The notes under the pieces were generated by a model that searched no databases, had not been told where the DNA came from, and saw only the letters and a list, made by a program, of their open reading frames with translations. Positions 47,348 to 57,862 of a stretch of 64,000 bases of DNA are shown here, one piece after another. This DNA is from an uncultured Candidatus Saccharibacteria bacterium (GTDB lineage: Bacteria > Patescibacteriota > Minisyncoccia > Phycocordibacterales > UBA5272), in NCBI GenBank assembly GCA_964391935.1, contig CAYMOA010000002.1, positions 995 through 64,994 on the forward strand, written 5' to 3'. A program made the translations under genes and the position numbers. Position 1 is the first letter of the stretch, and each line of letters begins with the position of its first letter.

Positions 47348-48835
47348 ATGAAAAATTTAACAAACATAATTAGAACGGGTGAAATGTCTCCAAAAGAAAG
47401 ATTTTTACTTTTGGTACAAAATGACGTACACAAAGACAAATATAAAAAACAAATCCTGACAGAGGCAGATAAACACGCCCTTTCTGATGGGTGGAAACCC
47501 AAGGATAACTTTGAAGTAAAGGAGTACAACAAGTACTGTGAAGCTTGGAGAGTTGAGGGAGAGTTGAGAACAGCACTACAAATTCACCACCTTGATACAC
47601 AAAATAAAATATTGAGAAGTAGCAAAGTAGTTGAGTATGCTTTGTGGAATAAATTCGAAAGCTTTAATAAATTTCAAAATACATTTGAAGTAAACGAGTT
47701 GGAAGCACTAGCAACTCTTCTAAAGAATAGTGGACTTGAATATGACAAGGTTATACATGGTCTAACTTTCCATAATATGCCAAACGGCTTAAAAGAAGAT
47801 ATTTTAGCCCTATACCCTGATGCCAGAACTGAAATAGACTATCTGGAGGAGGAAGAAATATTATTCAAATATTTTCAAAACAATAAAATGCTAAACAAAG
47901 AAGAAATTCAAAATCTGACAAATGAGATAGTTAGTCAGATTCCATGGGATTATGTTGACTTCTTAATCAACAAAGATAAAGACGTGTTAGGCATATTGTT
48001 CAATGGATACTTTGCAGGGTTGCCACTTATACAAGTAGCGAAAAAATGGGCAAGCCTAAATCAGGTAATCTATAATGATGAAGACGATTTGAGAGTTCAG
48101 TTAGCCAAAGAAAAAGATCTGAAAGATGTATTTAAAAGTACCATATTAAGATACTTAGAAGACGGTCTTTTTATAAGTGAATACACTCCGTTATGTAATA
48201 GCACTAGCAGAGCAACCTGTAATAACAAAGATACAAAACAAACTCACCAGGAAGTTATTACAGCTTGGATAAAAGAGAAACAAAAATCGAAAGAATTAAT
48301 AGAAAATCTAATAAATAAAGGTGATTTAAAAGTAGAAAATAAAGAAAGAAAACTATTCACAATTACAAAAAAGTATAAATTGATATCAGGAGAAAGTTTA
48401 TACAACCTTGGTGATGAGTATTTATTTGCGAAGGATTTCAAAAGACAGGTAGATAAACTTGCATGCTTCAATAAATTAATCCAATTTTTAAAAGAAAGAA
48501 AGTTTATTGAAATGATAAACGAAATTGGATCATACGCACGCATTTATACAAAACTAAGTAAAGTATTTGAAACGGATTTTTCATACATAACTGTCGACAT
48601 AGAAGGAAGTCTGAGTGAGGAGATTAACTTACTCAAAACAGAACTAACAATGATATACGAAAATGTTTTATTTGAGGTCTACAAAATATGTGAACCCAGT
48701 TTTTTAATTGAAATATTTACCGAAGATATATTAGAAGACCTTACAAAAAAAGAAGTAATAAATAGTGAGATCATACAAATATTAGATGCGAAATACGCCA
48801 AAATCTTTGGGGAACAGCTGTGGAAAGGACTATAA
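47348..48835 (+). CDS. Hypothetical protein
   Basis: 495 aa ORF, no recognised motif. Confidence 0.45.
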   Translation: MKNLTNIIRTGEMSPKERFLLLVQNDVHKDKYKKQILTEADKHALSDGWKPKDNFEVKEYNKYCEAWRVEGELRTALQIHHLDTQNKILRSSKVVEYALWNKFESFNKFQNTFEVNELEALATLLKNSGLEYDKVIHGLTFHNMPNGLKEDILALYPDARTEIDYLEEEEILFKYFQNNKMLNKEEIQNLTNEIVSQIPWDYVDFLINKDKDVLGILFNGYFAGLPLIQVAKKWASLNQVIYNDEDDLRVQLAKEKDLKDVFKSTILRYLEDGLFISEYTPLCNSTSRATCNNKDTKQTHQEVITAWIKEKQKSKELIENLINKGDLKVENKERKLFTITKKYKLISGESLYNLGDEYLFAKDFKRQVDKLACFNKLIQFLKERKFIEMINEIGSYARIYTKLSKVFETDFSYITVDIEGSLSEEINLLKTELTMIYENVLFEVYKICEPSFLIEIFTEDILEDLTKKEVINSEIIQILDAKYAKIFGEQLWKGL

Positions 48836-48850
48836 TATAGACGACATTTG

Positions 48851-48935
48851 GACACCTGAGACATTCCTTAACTTTATCTAGGCACTTGCGTCATCAATAT
48901 GTGTATGAAAATAGAGTTAAATACAAATCAAGCAC
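48851..48935. repeat. Direct repeat copy A (~75 bp) containing a remnant recombinase 5' end
   Basis: gacacctgagacattccttaactttatctaggcacttgcgtcatcaatatgtgtatgaaaata… is ~88% identical to 53425-53510. Encodes MKIELNTNQ… then stop, versus MKIQTNKQP in the intact gene. Confidence 0.6.
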
Positions 48936-49004
48936 TGAGAAAAAATATCTGAAAATTATGATGAAAGAATAACAGAAATTTTAGAACCAAAGAAGAGGGG
49001 AGGC

Positions 49005-51317
49005 CTATAGAATCTTATTGCCTGAAATAGTTACCCATTCCTGGTTTTTAAAGATCATAATTCCACCAAATAATTTCTGAGTTTTGCGGTTTTTGTTGTC
49101 ACTTAGAATATATTTTTGCAAAGCTTCGTTTTTGGCTTTAGTGTAAGTATCTTCATCTCTGTCTTCTTCGTCCTTAGTTTCAAAGATTCCAATTCTGCCA
49201 TCAGAAAATTCTACAAGATAATCTGGATAAAAAGTATAGACCTCACTTTTATATTCATATTTAATCCCAAAATAATCTCTTCGCATTTCGCCATTTTTGT
49301 ACCACCAATTTATGTTGTTTAGACTCTCTAAATGTTTCTCAAAGTTCCTTTCAGGATTAGATCTATTCTTCGATAAAAAACAAGGTTGGAGTAGGTGCTT
49401 AGAATAATTTTTAATTTCCTCATCAACGTCCTTATTAAAATAATCTGATTCAGCAATTTCAAAATTTTCAATTTTGTGCTCTGTGTCTTCTTTTGCCTTT
49501 TTCTCTCTAACTAGAGAATACTTTTCAACTGCTTTTAGGAAGATGGGTTTAATGTTATTTTTATTCATTAAAAGAAAGGCCTGAGAACTCAAGGCACCAT
49601 TTTGTACTACTTCCTCGCCAAACAGGTCTCTACAGGCCAAAAACCATGCCACATTCATCGCAGAGACCGATCTGACAATGTTGGTAAAGGGTGCCATCAT
49701 ACTTTTAAATAGTGATTTAGAAATGAACTCAATTTGCCTGTCATTTACATTTAAAGATTGCACTACTCCGTCGTCATCTTCAAACACATTTTTGTAATTA
49801 TCTACTTCTGTCACTTCAAGTGCCAAATCTTTGATTACTTCATGTGAAATATTTACCACATCGAATTGCCAACCCTTATCCCCGTGAACATTACTTTTGA
49901 TATTATTTAGAATTTTGATATTGTTTTTAAAATCTCCAACTTTTAAATCGGACGAAGTTATAAACTGATCAAGTAAAACTTTTCGGAAATCTGCTTTAAT
50001 ATCTTGATAGTCTGCACGTTCTTTGTAGAAGGACGTTAACTTAATTGGTTTGTATTTGTCACTTCTCTTTGATGGTTGGTCACCCAGAATTTTAGGACTG
50101 TAATTTTCAATATCAAAGCTAGCACTGCTGGTATTGGTATATACATAGGCTTTGTTTAATTTGACATCTTCATAATACATTTGCTCAGGCATTCTTAAAA
50201 TTCTACCTAATACTTGAATATTAAAGATTTCGCTTTCACTTTCTCTAAATTTAAGTAATATCTGTGCACGAGGACAATCCCATCCTGTATCGATAGCTTG
50301 TTTGAAAATTAAATATTCTTGAGGTGCATTGTTTTTAGAAATATTTTCTAAATTTCTATCTTCCTCTTTTTCTTCATCTAACCAAATAGATAGTCTTTCA
50401 TCCCCCAATTTTATCCCTTTATTTTTTTCTAAATATTGGAGCACTGTATTTTTCACAACCTCACCATTTTGACTATTGGGCAGTTGAATTAGTAAGAGTG
50501 GATTGACATCAATATTATTGTTTTTGTAAACCTGTGCAAGCTCATCTCTTTTAGCAATTGCCGTACTCAAAATCGCTTCGTCACTATCCTCAGTCTTCTT
50601 AAAGTTAAAATCAAAATTTACCAGTATTTGATCCTTTATCATTTCCTCGTCAATCACATCTTGGGGATTTATTTTTTCAATCCAACCCTTACCCTCAATT
50701 ATATCATCGGCAGATAATTTAATGATAGGAGTAGCTGACACTTCTATAGTTACAGTAGGACTGATAAGATCAATAATTTCTTTGCCTCTATCAGCACTCG
50801 TGTGACTATGAGATTCATCAATTATTAGTATTATTTTTCTATCTCTTCCTATTGTATTGTTTAAAATCTCTCGGAAGTTTGTGTGATCACCATCTTTCAT
50901 TACTATATTTTTCCACTCTTGAGTTTTACCATCCTTTGCTCTAATTTTTTCCCAGTTAACTACCATCACAGAATCTTTTAATAACTCATATTGAGAGGTA
51001 CCAAAAACCGTATCAATACTTTGAACTACAGGATACCCTGAAAATACATTTTCCAATGATCTCTTGCTTTGATTGTGTAAATCTCCTTTACCAATAGATA
51101 GCCAAATAAAGGTAAAATCTAATTTTCTATTCTCCTCCTTACTTTTATTCACCAAAGACTCAATAATACTAGCCATCATAATAGTTTTACCAGAACCAGT
51201 TGGGGCTTGTAATACAGCTGTCTTTTTGTCTCTCTTATCTGACTGTAAAAAACTGCTAACTTTTTCTGTTAAGTTTTTCACTGCTTTTTCTTGATAATTT
51301 TTAAGATTTATTTTCAT
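49005..51317 (-). CDS. Type III restriction enzyme Res subunit (SF2 helicase-like)
   Basis: Walker A LQAPTGSGKTIMMA, DExH LIIDESHSH. 770 aa, immediately downstream of the Mod gene. Confidence 0.8.
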   Translation of the reverse strand: MKINLKNYQEKAVKNLTEKVSSFLQSDKRDKKTAVLQAPTGSGKTIMMASIIESLVNKSKEENRKLDFTFIWLSIGKGDLHNQSKRSLENVFSGYPVVQSIDTVFGTSQYELLKDSVMVVNWEKIRAKDGKTQEWKNIVMKDGDHTNFREILNNTIGRDRKIILIIDESHSHTSADRGKEIIDLISPTVTIEVSATPIIKLSADDIIEGKGWIEKINPQDVIDEEMIKDQILVNFDFNFKKTEDSDEAILSTAIAKRDELAQVYKNNNIDVNPLLLIQLPNSQNGEVVKNTVLQYLEKNKGIKLGDERLSIWLDEEKEEDRNLENISKNNAPQEYLIFKQAIDTGWDCPRAQILLKFRESESEIFNIQVLGRILRMPEQMYYEDVKLNKAYVYTNTSSASFDIENYSPKILGDQPSKRSDKYKPIKLTSFYKERADYQDIKADFRKVLLDQFITSSDLKVGDFKNNIKILNNIKSNVHGDKGWQFDVVNISHEVIKDLALEVTEVDNYKNVFEDDDGVVQSLNVNDRQIEFISKSLFKSMMAPFTNIVRSVSAMNVAWFLACRDLFGEEVVQNGALSSQAFLLMNKNNIKPIFLKAVEKYSLVREKKAKEDTEHKIENFEIAESDYFNKDVDEEIKNYSKHLLQPCFLSKNRSNPERNFEKHLESLNNINWWYKNGEMRRDYFGIKYEYKSEVYTFYPDYLVEFSDGRIGIFETKDEEDRDEDTYTKAKNEALQKYILSDNKNRKTQKLFGGIMIFKNQEWVTISGNKIL

Positions 51318-51327
51318 GGATTTGTTT

Positions 51328-53157
51328 TTATTTATTGTTACTATTATTTTTTAATATTGTCTCGTATATTTCTAGAATCTTTTGAGGTATTTCTTCTATG
51401 TTTATACCTTTCCATTTTCTATAATCGTCAATAAAGTCATCCACATTTCTAAGCGAGAAAATATATGCACTTTTGTCTAAGTCATCTTGATTTTTAAGAT
51501 CAGCTCTCATATCGTCTAAATAACTATCATCTAAATCGTAATAAATGCCAATTGTATGTTTTATAGTTTTTCTATTTTCAACTTTTACTCCACTAAATAT
51601 TTTGTACATCAAAGTATCACCATCTTTAACTTCTTTTTCTAAATTAAATGCATTTTCTTTTAAACAGAGCATTTCTGTACAAGCTCGCATCAATCTCATT
51701 TTCATATTGTCGGTGTGTTTTGTACGATCAATGAAGTCTGTTTCCAAATATTTTAAATTTCCACCAAGCTCATCTTTTTCCATAATATTGGAAAGTCTTT
51801 TAAACGTTACCTCTTCACAGATTTTATGCTCACTTTTTTCATCGCCATTATTGGTCACTAAAATAAACTGACGATTTCCTTTATCTTCTTTATTGAGACT
51901 TAAAACAGCATGTGCAGTTGATCCAGAACCTGCGAAGAAATCCAAAACCGTAGAGCAATCATTAGAAACCCATTTTATTAATTGTTTTATAAGTCTGATA
52001 GGCTTTTTACCATTTTTAAATTCTACATCTCCTTCTTTTTCAACATTCATCATATCCGAGTAAAACCCTTTCCAAAGATCACCCCTTATTGAGCATCTTG
52101 CAAACTCACCACCGAAGTCATCAGACTTTTTTAACCCATCACTTAGAAATGCTAATTGTTGAATTTTTCCAGTACCTGTCTTAGTTAAAAAGTAACCCCT
52201 TATATTTACGACAGCCCCAATTTTTATTTTCTTTTTTTCCTGATCAGACAATGAGATATCACAATCCATAAGTCTGCAAATCTTATCTGCATATTTGTAA
52301 AATTCTTCTTTAAATTCTGGTATAAGACTGCATAGAGTCTCAATAGAATTGACCGAAAAACTTTTTACTTGTTTTAGTATTTTATACTTGTCAATAAATA
52401 CACTTAGGGTTGGAAGACTTAATATACTGCTAATATTTTTTAGATCGCCATCGTAAAAAAGATTATAGTGGGAGTCGTAATAATTAATTTTGTCATACAA
52501 TAAATTTTTAACAATTTTCTTATTTTTACTTTTTGAGAACATTAGAACATATTCATAATTCTTAACCACCGACCCATTTTGGGCCGACCTAACTTTCATT
52601 CCTTGTGTTTTTGTTAGTTCTACACCAATATTTGCTACAAACGAATTTATACCAAACACCTGATCACACAATAATTTTAATTCTGCTTGTTGATTGTTGT
52701 CTATACTCACAAATAATGTACCATTATCTGATAGTAAAGATTCAGCAAGTAATAATCTTTTCTCCATAAACGACAACCACTTACTATTTCTGAAACTATC
52801 TTCAGAGTCTACAAACTTATCGTTGTAAATAAAATCCTTGTTGCCAGTATTGTATGGTGGATCGATATAAATTACATCAATAGAATTTTTATGCGTATAA
52901 TTAAGAACAGAAAGTGCATGATAATTATCACCCTCAATTAAAATATTTGTGGGTTTATTTTTATCATTTATTATTTCTTTGAACTTCTTTCCTTCCTTAA
53001 CTTTAAGCACAGGAAATTTTGTGTTGCATTCCTCAACTACCTTTTCAGGCTTATCTTCCCAAACTAAACCGTATTTACTTTTTTGTTTAAGTTTTTTATT
53101 TTCTTCTTCTAATTCTAAAATTCTGTGAGTAAGATTTACATCTAAATTTGATGACAT
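51328..53157 (-). CDS. Type III restriction-modification Mod methyltransferase (beta-class)
   Basis: Motif IV VIYIDPPYNTG N-terminal to motif I LDFFAGSGSTAHAV. 609 aa. Confidence 0.8.
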   Translation of the reverse strand: MSSNLDVNLTHRILELEEENKKLKQKSKYGLVWEDKPEKVVEECNTKFPVLKVKEGKKFKEIINDKNKPTNILIEGDNYHALSVLNYTHKNSIDVIYIDPPYNTGNKDFIYNDKFVDSEDSFRNSKWLSFMEKRLLLAESLLSDNGTLFVSIDNNQQAELKLLCDQVFGINSFVANIGVELTKTQGMKVRSAQNGSVVKNYEYVLMFSKSKNKKIVKNLLYDKINYYDSHYNLFYDGDLKNISSILSLPTLSVFIDKYKILKQVKSFSVNSIETLCSLIPEFKEEFYKYADKICRLMDCDISLSDQEKKKIKIGAVVNIRGYFLTKTGTGKIQQLAFLSDGLKKSDDFGGEFARCSIRGDLWKGFYSDMMNVEKEGDVEFKNGKKPIRLIKQLIKWVSNDCSTVLDFFAGSGSTAHAVLSLNKEDKGNRQFILVTNNGDEKSEHKICEEVTFKRLSNIMEKDELGGNLKYLETDFIDRTKHTDNMKMRLMRACTEMLCLKENAFNLEKEVKDGDTLMYKIFSGVKVENRKTIKHTIGIYYDLDDSYLDDMRADLKNQDDLDKSAYIFSLRNVDDFIDDYRKWKGINIEEIPQKILEIYETILKNNSNNK

Positions 53158-53158
53158 A

Positions 53159-53310
53159 ACAGGGATGGGTTTTGTCTATTAATATTCTAACGAGAAACAC
53201 TAAGCCCCACGTTAGCTTGAGTCTTGCGACTCCAAAAATTAGTTTCCTAATAATTGACCATCCCTGATCAGCTGAACGTGGGGTTCAGTATAGGGATGGA
53301 TTTTATTTGT
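53159..53310. repeat. Interleaved inverted/direct repeats between Mod and the recombinase (candidate recombination site or structured leader)
   Basis: cagggatgg / ccatccctg and ccccacgttagc / gctgaacgtgggg are interleaved. Direct repeat agggatgggttttgtctatt / agggatggattttatttgtg. Confidence 0.4.
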
Positions 53311-53424
53311 GCCATATTTTGAAAAACTTAGGCAACTATATTGTTAAAGAATTATACCATATTTTGGTATGGTGCCATTCTAATATAATCCAAGGGAATT
53401 GTGTAGTCTACTTGTCTACATATA

Positions 53425-53510
53425 GACACCTGAGACGCTCCTTGACTTATCTAGGCACTTGCGTCATCAATATAGGTGTATGAAAATACAAACAAATAAA
53501 CAACCAGAGA
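53425..53510. repeat. Direct repeat copy B (~75 bp) spanning the promoter and 5' end of the serine recombinase gene
   Basis: gacacctgagacgctccttgacttatctaggcacttgcgtcatcaatataggtgtatgaaaata… matches copy A at 48851. Confidence 0.6.
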
Positions 53511-54781
53511 TAGAGGAAAAATTGAGGTATTGCCTTTACTGTAGAAAAAGTAGTGAATCAGAAGAACGCCAAGTAATGAGTATAGACTCTCAAATTAAGG
53601 AAATGCTCAATTTGGCAGAGCGAGAAAAACTAGAAATAGTAAATATCAAAAGAGAGGCTCATAGTGCAAAAGAAACAGGGCAAAGACCCGTCTATAACGA
53701 AATGATCAAGGATTTAAAAGAAGGAAAATTCAATGCAATTCTTACTTGGGCACCTGACAGAATATCTAGAAACGCAGGAGACTTGGGTATGGTTGTAGAC
53801 TTAATGGATCAAAAGGTTTTAAAAGAAATTAGAACTCACTCACAAACATTTACTAATAACCCAAATGAAAAATTCTTGCTGATGATTTTAGGATCACAAG
53901 CAAAATTAGAAAACGATAACAGAGGAATAAATGTTAAGCGTGGGCAAAGAACAAAAGTTGAGCTTGGCTTTTGGCCTGGACTCGGACCTCTTGGATATTT
54001 AAATCAAAGATCCATGGACAAAAAAGGAGTGCTCATAGTAGACCCAGATAGAGCCCCTATTGTGAAGAAAATATTTGAGAAAGTTGCTTATGAATACCAG
54101 TCAGGAAGGAAAATTTATAACTGGCTACGAGAAGTGAATTTTTATACCAGAGGTAACAAACCACTAACCTTAGGTGGAGTTTATAGAATTTTAGACAACA
54201 CCTTTTATCATGGAGTATTTGAATATCCAAAAAGATCAGGTAATTATTTTACTGGAAAACATGAACCATTAATCAGCAAAGAGTTATGGGATAAGGCTCA
54301 GGAATTTTTAAAAAGAGACAAGATTGTACGATCGAATAAAGAATTTACTTTTACCAAATTAATTGTTTGCGGTTATTGTGGAAGTGGAATTTCTGCTGAG
54401 GAAAAATACAAAAACTTAAAAAATGGAACACAAGCTAGATATATATACTACGGCTGTGGCAGGAGTAAAGATAGGAATTGCAAAAATAAATATATTCAAG
54501 AGGTTGAACTTATAGAAGAACTAATAAAAATAGTTGATAAGGTCAATGTTGACGAGATAGGACTAAAGGTAAAAATGGAAGAAGAAATTAAAAGATTTAA
54601 TATTTTTCAGAGGTCAATACTAAATACAAAAGAAAAGTTTGAATTGCCGAAGGCAACTGTAGTAAAGAATTATCTAAAATATATTTTGAAAGAGGGAAGC
54701 AAAACTGAAAAAAGAGAGGTCTTGGGAAATCTAAGAAGTAGAATCAGTTACAAGGATAAAGAATTAACTTTAGTAAGTTAA
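53480..54781 (+). CDS. Large serine recombinase
   Basis: Start moved to the ATG (MKIQTNKQ…). Catalytic-Ser region YCRKSSESEERQ, WAPDRISRN, Cys cluster CGYCGSG…CGRSKDRNC. Confidence 0.8.
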   Translation: MKIQTNKQPEIEEKLRYCLYCRKSSESEERQVMSIDSQIKEMLNLAEREKLEIVNIKREAHSAKETGQRPVYNEMIKDLKEGKFNAILTWAPDRISRNAGDLGMVVDLMDQKVLKEIRTHSQTFTNNPNEKFLLMILGSQAKLENDNRGINVKRGQRTKVELGFWPGLGPLGYLNQRSMDKKGVLIVDPDRAPIVKKIFEKVAYEYQSGRKIYNWLREVNFYTRGNKPLTLGGVYRILDNTFYHGVFEYPKRSGNYFTGKHEPLISKELWDKAQEFLKRDKIVRSNKEFTFTKLIVCGYCGSGISAEEKYKNLKNGTQARYIYYGCGRSKDRNCKNKYIQEVELIEELIKIVDKVNVDEIGLKVKMEEEIKRFNIFQRSILNTKEKFELPKATVVKNYLKYILKEGSKTEKREVLGNLRSRISYKDKELTLVS

Positions 54782-54789
54782 AATATCCC

Positions 54790-56838
54790 TTATAAATCTT
54801 TTAAATTGTCTGCTAAGACTTCACCAAGAACAACGGGTAGATCTTTAGCTTCACTTGCAACTTTTGTAAATTCTTGACTCCCATTATCGCTATAAGTTGA
54901 CTCTACACTTCTACCACCTTCAGTAATACCTATCGCAACTACAATAATACCCAATGCCCTTAATTCTTCAATCACTTTTTGCACTCGTTGAGGACTATCA
55001 CTTTTACCATCTGTCATAACAACTATTATTTCTTTAGTTTCTTTTTGTTGTAGTTCTTCTAATCTTTCAGGATCATTTTGGATTTCTTTTAATATAGATT
55101 CTAGACAGTTAAAATCTGGAGTAGAATCCCCGGGCGCAGAATTTAAAATTGCACAGGTTTCAACCCTATCCTTTTTAGAAAAACTATCAGACATTTTTTT
55201 GAAAGATTTAAGATCATCGTGGGTATTCTGGAAAGTCCAAATTTCCCAAAATATCTCTAGTGTTTTAACTAAATTAGCTTTTTCTTCTTCAGCTAAGTCT
55301 TGCAATTCTTTCTGACTTTCCATAGTCATTACAATTGCCTTTTGCAATTCAATTAATTTCTGACCCCCCATTGAACCTGATCTATCCAAAACAAAAGTTA
55401 ATTTTACCTTACCAAATAAATCTCCTTTCTTTTCTTTAACTTCTGTGTCCTGCCAAACTTTTGGATGCAAGTTTCCAGCTCTGGCACTTGCAAGCAACTC
55501 TCCTGGTTCTACCAATTCGTCTCCTTCCTCGACAGGATATTTAGGTTTAAAGCTTTGCTTAACTCTCCTAGAAATAATTCTTTTAATTAAATTACTCAAA
55601 TCTTTTACAACACTCTCATTTGTCTCTGGGTTAATAATCGAATCTAAATCTCTGACAATATTTTCGTAATTTCTAAGATCTTCTACTTTAACGCCAATAT
55701 GCTCAGCTTGTCTTTCTAAAGATTTTTCTTCAGCAGTTTTTCTGTTGTCAGGATTTTCTAACCATTTTTCTAAAGCTTTCTCTTGCTCTTCAACGGGAAC
55801 AGCATTCATTGTTTTTTTCTCCGCCTCGTCATAATCTTTTTTAAATACCTGGTTGTAGTCTCCATCTCCAGATTCCTCACCAGTTGTCGCATCTGGATTT
55901 TGTTCTCCTTTTCCTTTTTCAGATTTTTTTCCTTTTTTCTTTTCTTTACTGAACCTCTTTTTAATCTTGTCCATAATACTATCTTTTTCTTGTGAACCAC
56001 TTTGAGATTTTGACTCCCCACCTGACCCATTACTTTCAGATTTTTCTCCATCTCCAGATTTATTATTCTCGTCTTGTTTTTTCTTATCTTCTACATCCTT
56101 TTTACGCAACTCTTCCATCATGGGACGAATAATCCTGTTTTGTATCTCCAATCTCTTAGACATTGGCACGTTAGGATCTGTAATTGTCTTTATAAGATCA
56201 ATATTTCCATTTCTAGTTTTAAATTTTCTTAATTGGTCTATTTTCAGCCTAACATCAGGATCAACTACACAATTGTCTCCAGTTCTTTCTTCACGCAAAA
56301 TAGCTTGTGGGAATTGTAAATGCTTTGGTTGCTTTGTAAAATCTAACTCTCCAGTTTTCTCGTCTGCTGGAAATAAATCTTCTCTGTAAAGTCTAGTTTC
56401 AGTATCTTTAACCTGCTTGTTTGTTTTACTAATTACAGCTCTATTTTCTCTGATATCAGCTATGCAGTTATCTAAAATACCATAAGCTCTATCATTTTTG
56501 ATATCTTGTAAATAATCTTGAAAGACTTGCCAACCTCCTGGTTCTTTTAAGACTTGGACTTTTTCTAATAAGTGCTCTATTTCATGCCTAACTGCAAAAG
56601 CTGACTTTTCATCAGAAAGTCCAAATTTACTTTGGTAAAATTTATCATTTACATAAATTGTTCCTTTTTCTAAGTCGAAAGCAAAAGTATCCAGGCCTGA
56701 AGGGGCAGGCTCAATTTTAATTTTACCTTTAGCATACAACTCAAAAATCTCTCTATGGTTTTCAAAAAAAGTATCAGCCTTACCTTTATTTTCAGCATCA
56801 CCTTTTTTCCTTGTTGCCATTTCAATCCTCGTATTCAT
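54790..56838 (-). CDS. vWA-domain protein with N-terminal zincin-like (HExxH) domain and charged low-complexity linker
   Basis: HEIEHL in the N-terminal third. MIDAS motif VLDRSGSMGG (DxSxS) in the C-terminal vWA. K/E/S-rich linker. 682 aa. Confidence 0.7.
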   Translation of the reverse strand: MNTRIEMATRKKGDAENKGKADTFFENHREIFELYAKGKIKIEPAPSGLDTFAFDLEKGTIYVNDKFYQSKFGLSDEKSAFAVRHEIEHLLEKVQVLKEPGGWQVFQDYLQDIKNDRAYGILDNCIADIRENRAVISKTNKQVKDTETRLYREDLFPADEKTGELDFTKQPKHLQFPQAILREERTGDNCVVDPDVRLKIDQLRKFKTRNGNIDLIKTITDPNVPMSKRLEIQNRIIRPMMEELRKKDVEDKKKQDENNKSGDGEKSESNGSGGESKSQSGSQEKDSIMDKIKKRFSKEKKKGKKSEKGKGEQNPDATTGEESGDGDYNQVFKKDYDEAEKKTMNAVPVEEQEKALEKWLENPDNRKTAEEKSLERQAEHIGVKVEDLRNYENIVRDLDSIINPETNESVVKDLSNLIKRIISRRVKQSFKPKYPVEEGDELVEPGELLASARAGNLHPKVWQDTEVKEKKGDLFGKVKLTFVLDRSGSMGGQKLIELQKAIVMTMESQKELQDLAEEEKANLVKTLEIFWEIWTFQNTHDDLKSFKKMSDSFSKKDRVETCAILNSAPGDSTPDFNCLESILKEIQNDPERLEELQQKETKEIIVVMTDGKSDSPQRVQKVIEELRALGIIVVAIGITEGGRSVESTYSDNGSQEFTKVASEAKDLPVVLGEVLADNLKDL

Positions 56839-56858
56839 AGGATGAAGTATACAATATT

Positions 56859-57851
56859 TTATTGACTCTTGGGTACTTTTTCCTTTAGTTCAGTCTGTAG
56901 TTTGCTACTATAGCAATGCTTCAAAAAGCCTAAATATGAATGGATATTTGTAGCCGAAACCTTACTCAAAAATCTCTTCTTGTTTTTGGTCTTAATGGCA
57001 ATATATTTAGGAAATACCTTATAGCCTAAGAAAGTAACTCCACTGGCTAGAGTTCTGATAAACCTGTTTTCCTTCTTAATTTCTAATTTTAGACTTAAGG
57101 ATAGAAAGTTTTCGATTTCTCTTTTATAATTTTCTAGAATTTTCCTATCAGGATCCAAAATTACATAATCATCTGCAAAGCGTATATAGTACTTTGCTTT
57201 TAATCTTTCCTTTATAAAAGTGTCCAACTCATGCAGGTAGACATTTATAAAAAGTTGTGAGGTAACATTACCCAAAGGGATACCTTTATTTGGAAATCTG
57301 TAGTTAAAACTTTCAATAATTTTACATAAAATATTTAGTAAATCTTTTTCTTCAATATATTTTTCTAAAAGTTTTTTAAGAATTATTTGATCGATACTAG
57401 CAAAACATTTTCTAATATCTAATTTTAGAACATAGACTGTCTTTGTGTTATTTTTTCCACACTTCCTACCGAACTCTAAAAACCTTCTCACAGCCCTCTG
57501 TGTTCCTTTATTGATTCGACAAGAATACGAATCAAAAATAAAAACTTTTTCAAAATATTGATACAAATTGTTAAACAGAACATAATGAATAAATCTATCT
57601 TTTACGGTTGCTTTGTGTATATCTCTTTTTTTAGTATCACTTAAAACAAAGTGAGTATATTTTTGATGTTCATAGGTTCCAGATATAATTTCACTCCGAA
57701 TATCCAAAATGTTTTTATACAAATGTAATAAAAATTCACATACATCATCTTTTTTAGTTTTTCCTTTTTTAAACTCTTTCCAACATAAAAACATCTTCTC
57801 TACAGTAAACATATCTCTTAAAAGCGTTTGATTATATATGGGGATGGACAT
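56859..57851 (-). CDS. Diversity-generating retroelement (DGR) reverse transcriptase
   Basis: Motifs match Brt-type DGR RTs: ISGTYE…KKRDIHKATVKDRFIHYVL, VLKLDIRKCFASIDQ, motif 4 GIPLGNVTSQLFINVYLHELD (the DGR-specific [I/L]GxxxSQ), catalytic YIRFADDYVIL. Confidence 0.85.
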   Translation of the reverse strand: MSIPIYNQTLLRDMFTVEKMFLCWKEFKKGKTKKDDVCEFLLHLYKNILDIRSEIISGTYEHQKYTHFVLSDTKKRDIHKATVKDRFIHYVLFNNLYQYFEKVFIFDSYSCRINKGTQRAVRRFLEFGRKCGKNNTKTVYVLKLDIRKCFASIDQIILKKLLEKYIEEKDLLNILCKIIESFNYRFPNKGIPLGNVTSQLFINVYLHELDTFIKERLKAKYYIRFADDYVILDPDRKILENYKREIENFLSLSLKLEIKKENRFIRTLASGVTFLGYKVFPKYIAIKTKNKKRFLSKVSATNIHSYLGFLKHCYSSKLQTELKEKVPKSQ

Positions 57852-57862
57852 ATAATATTCTT

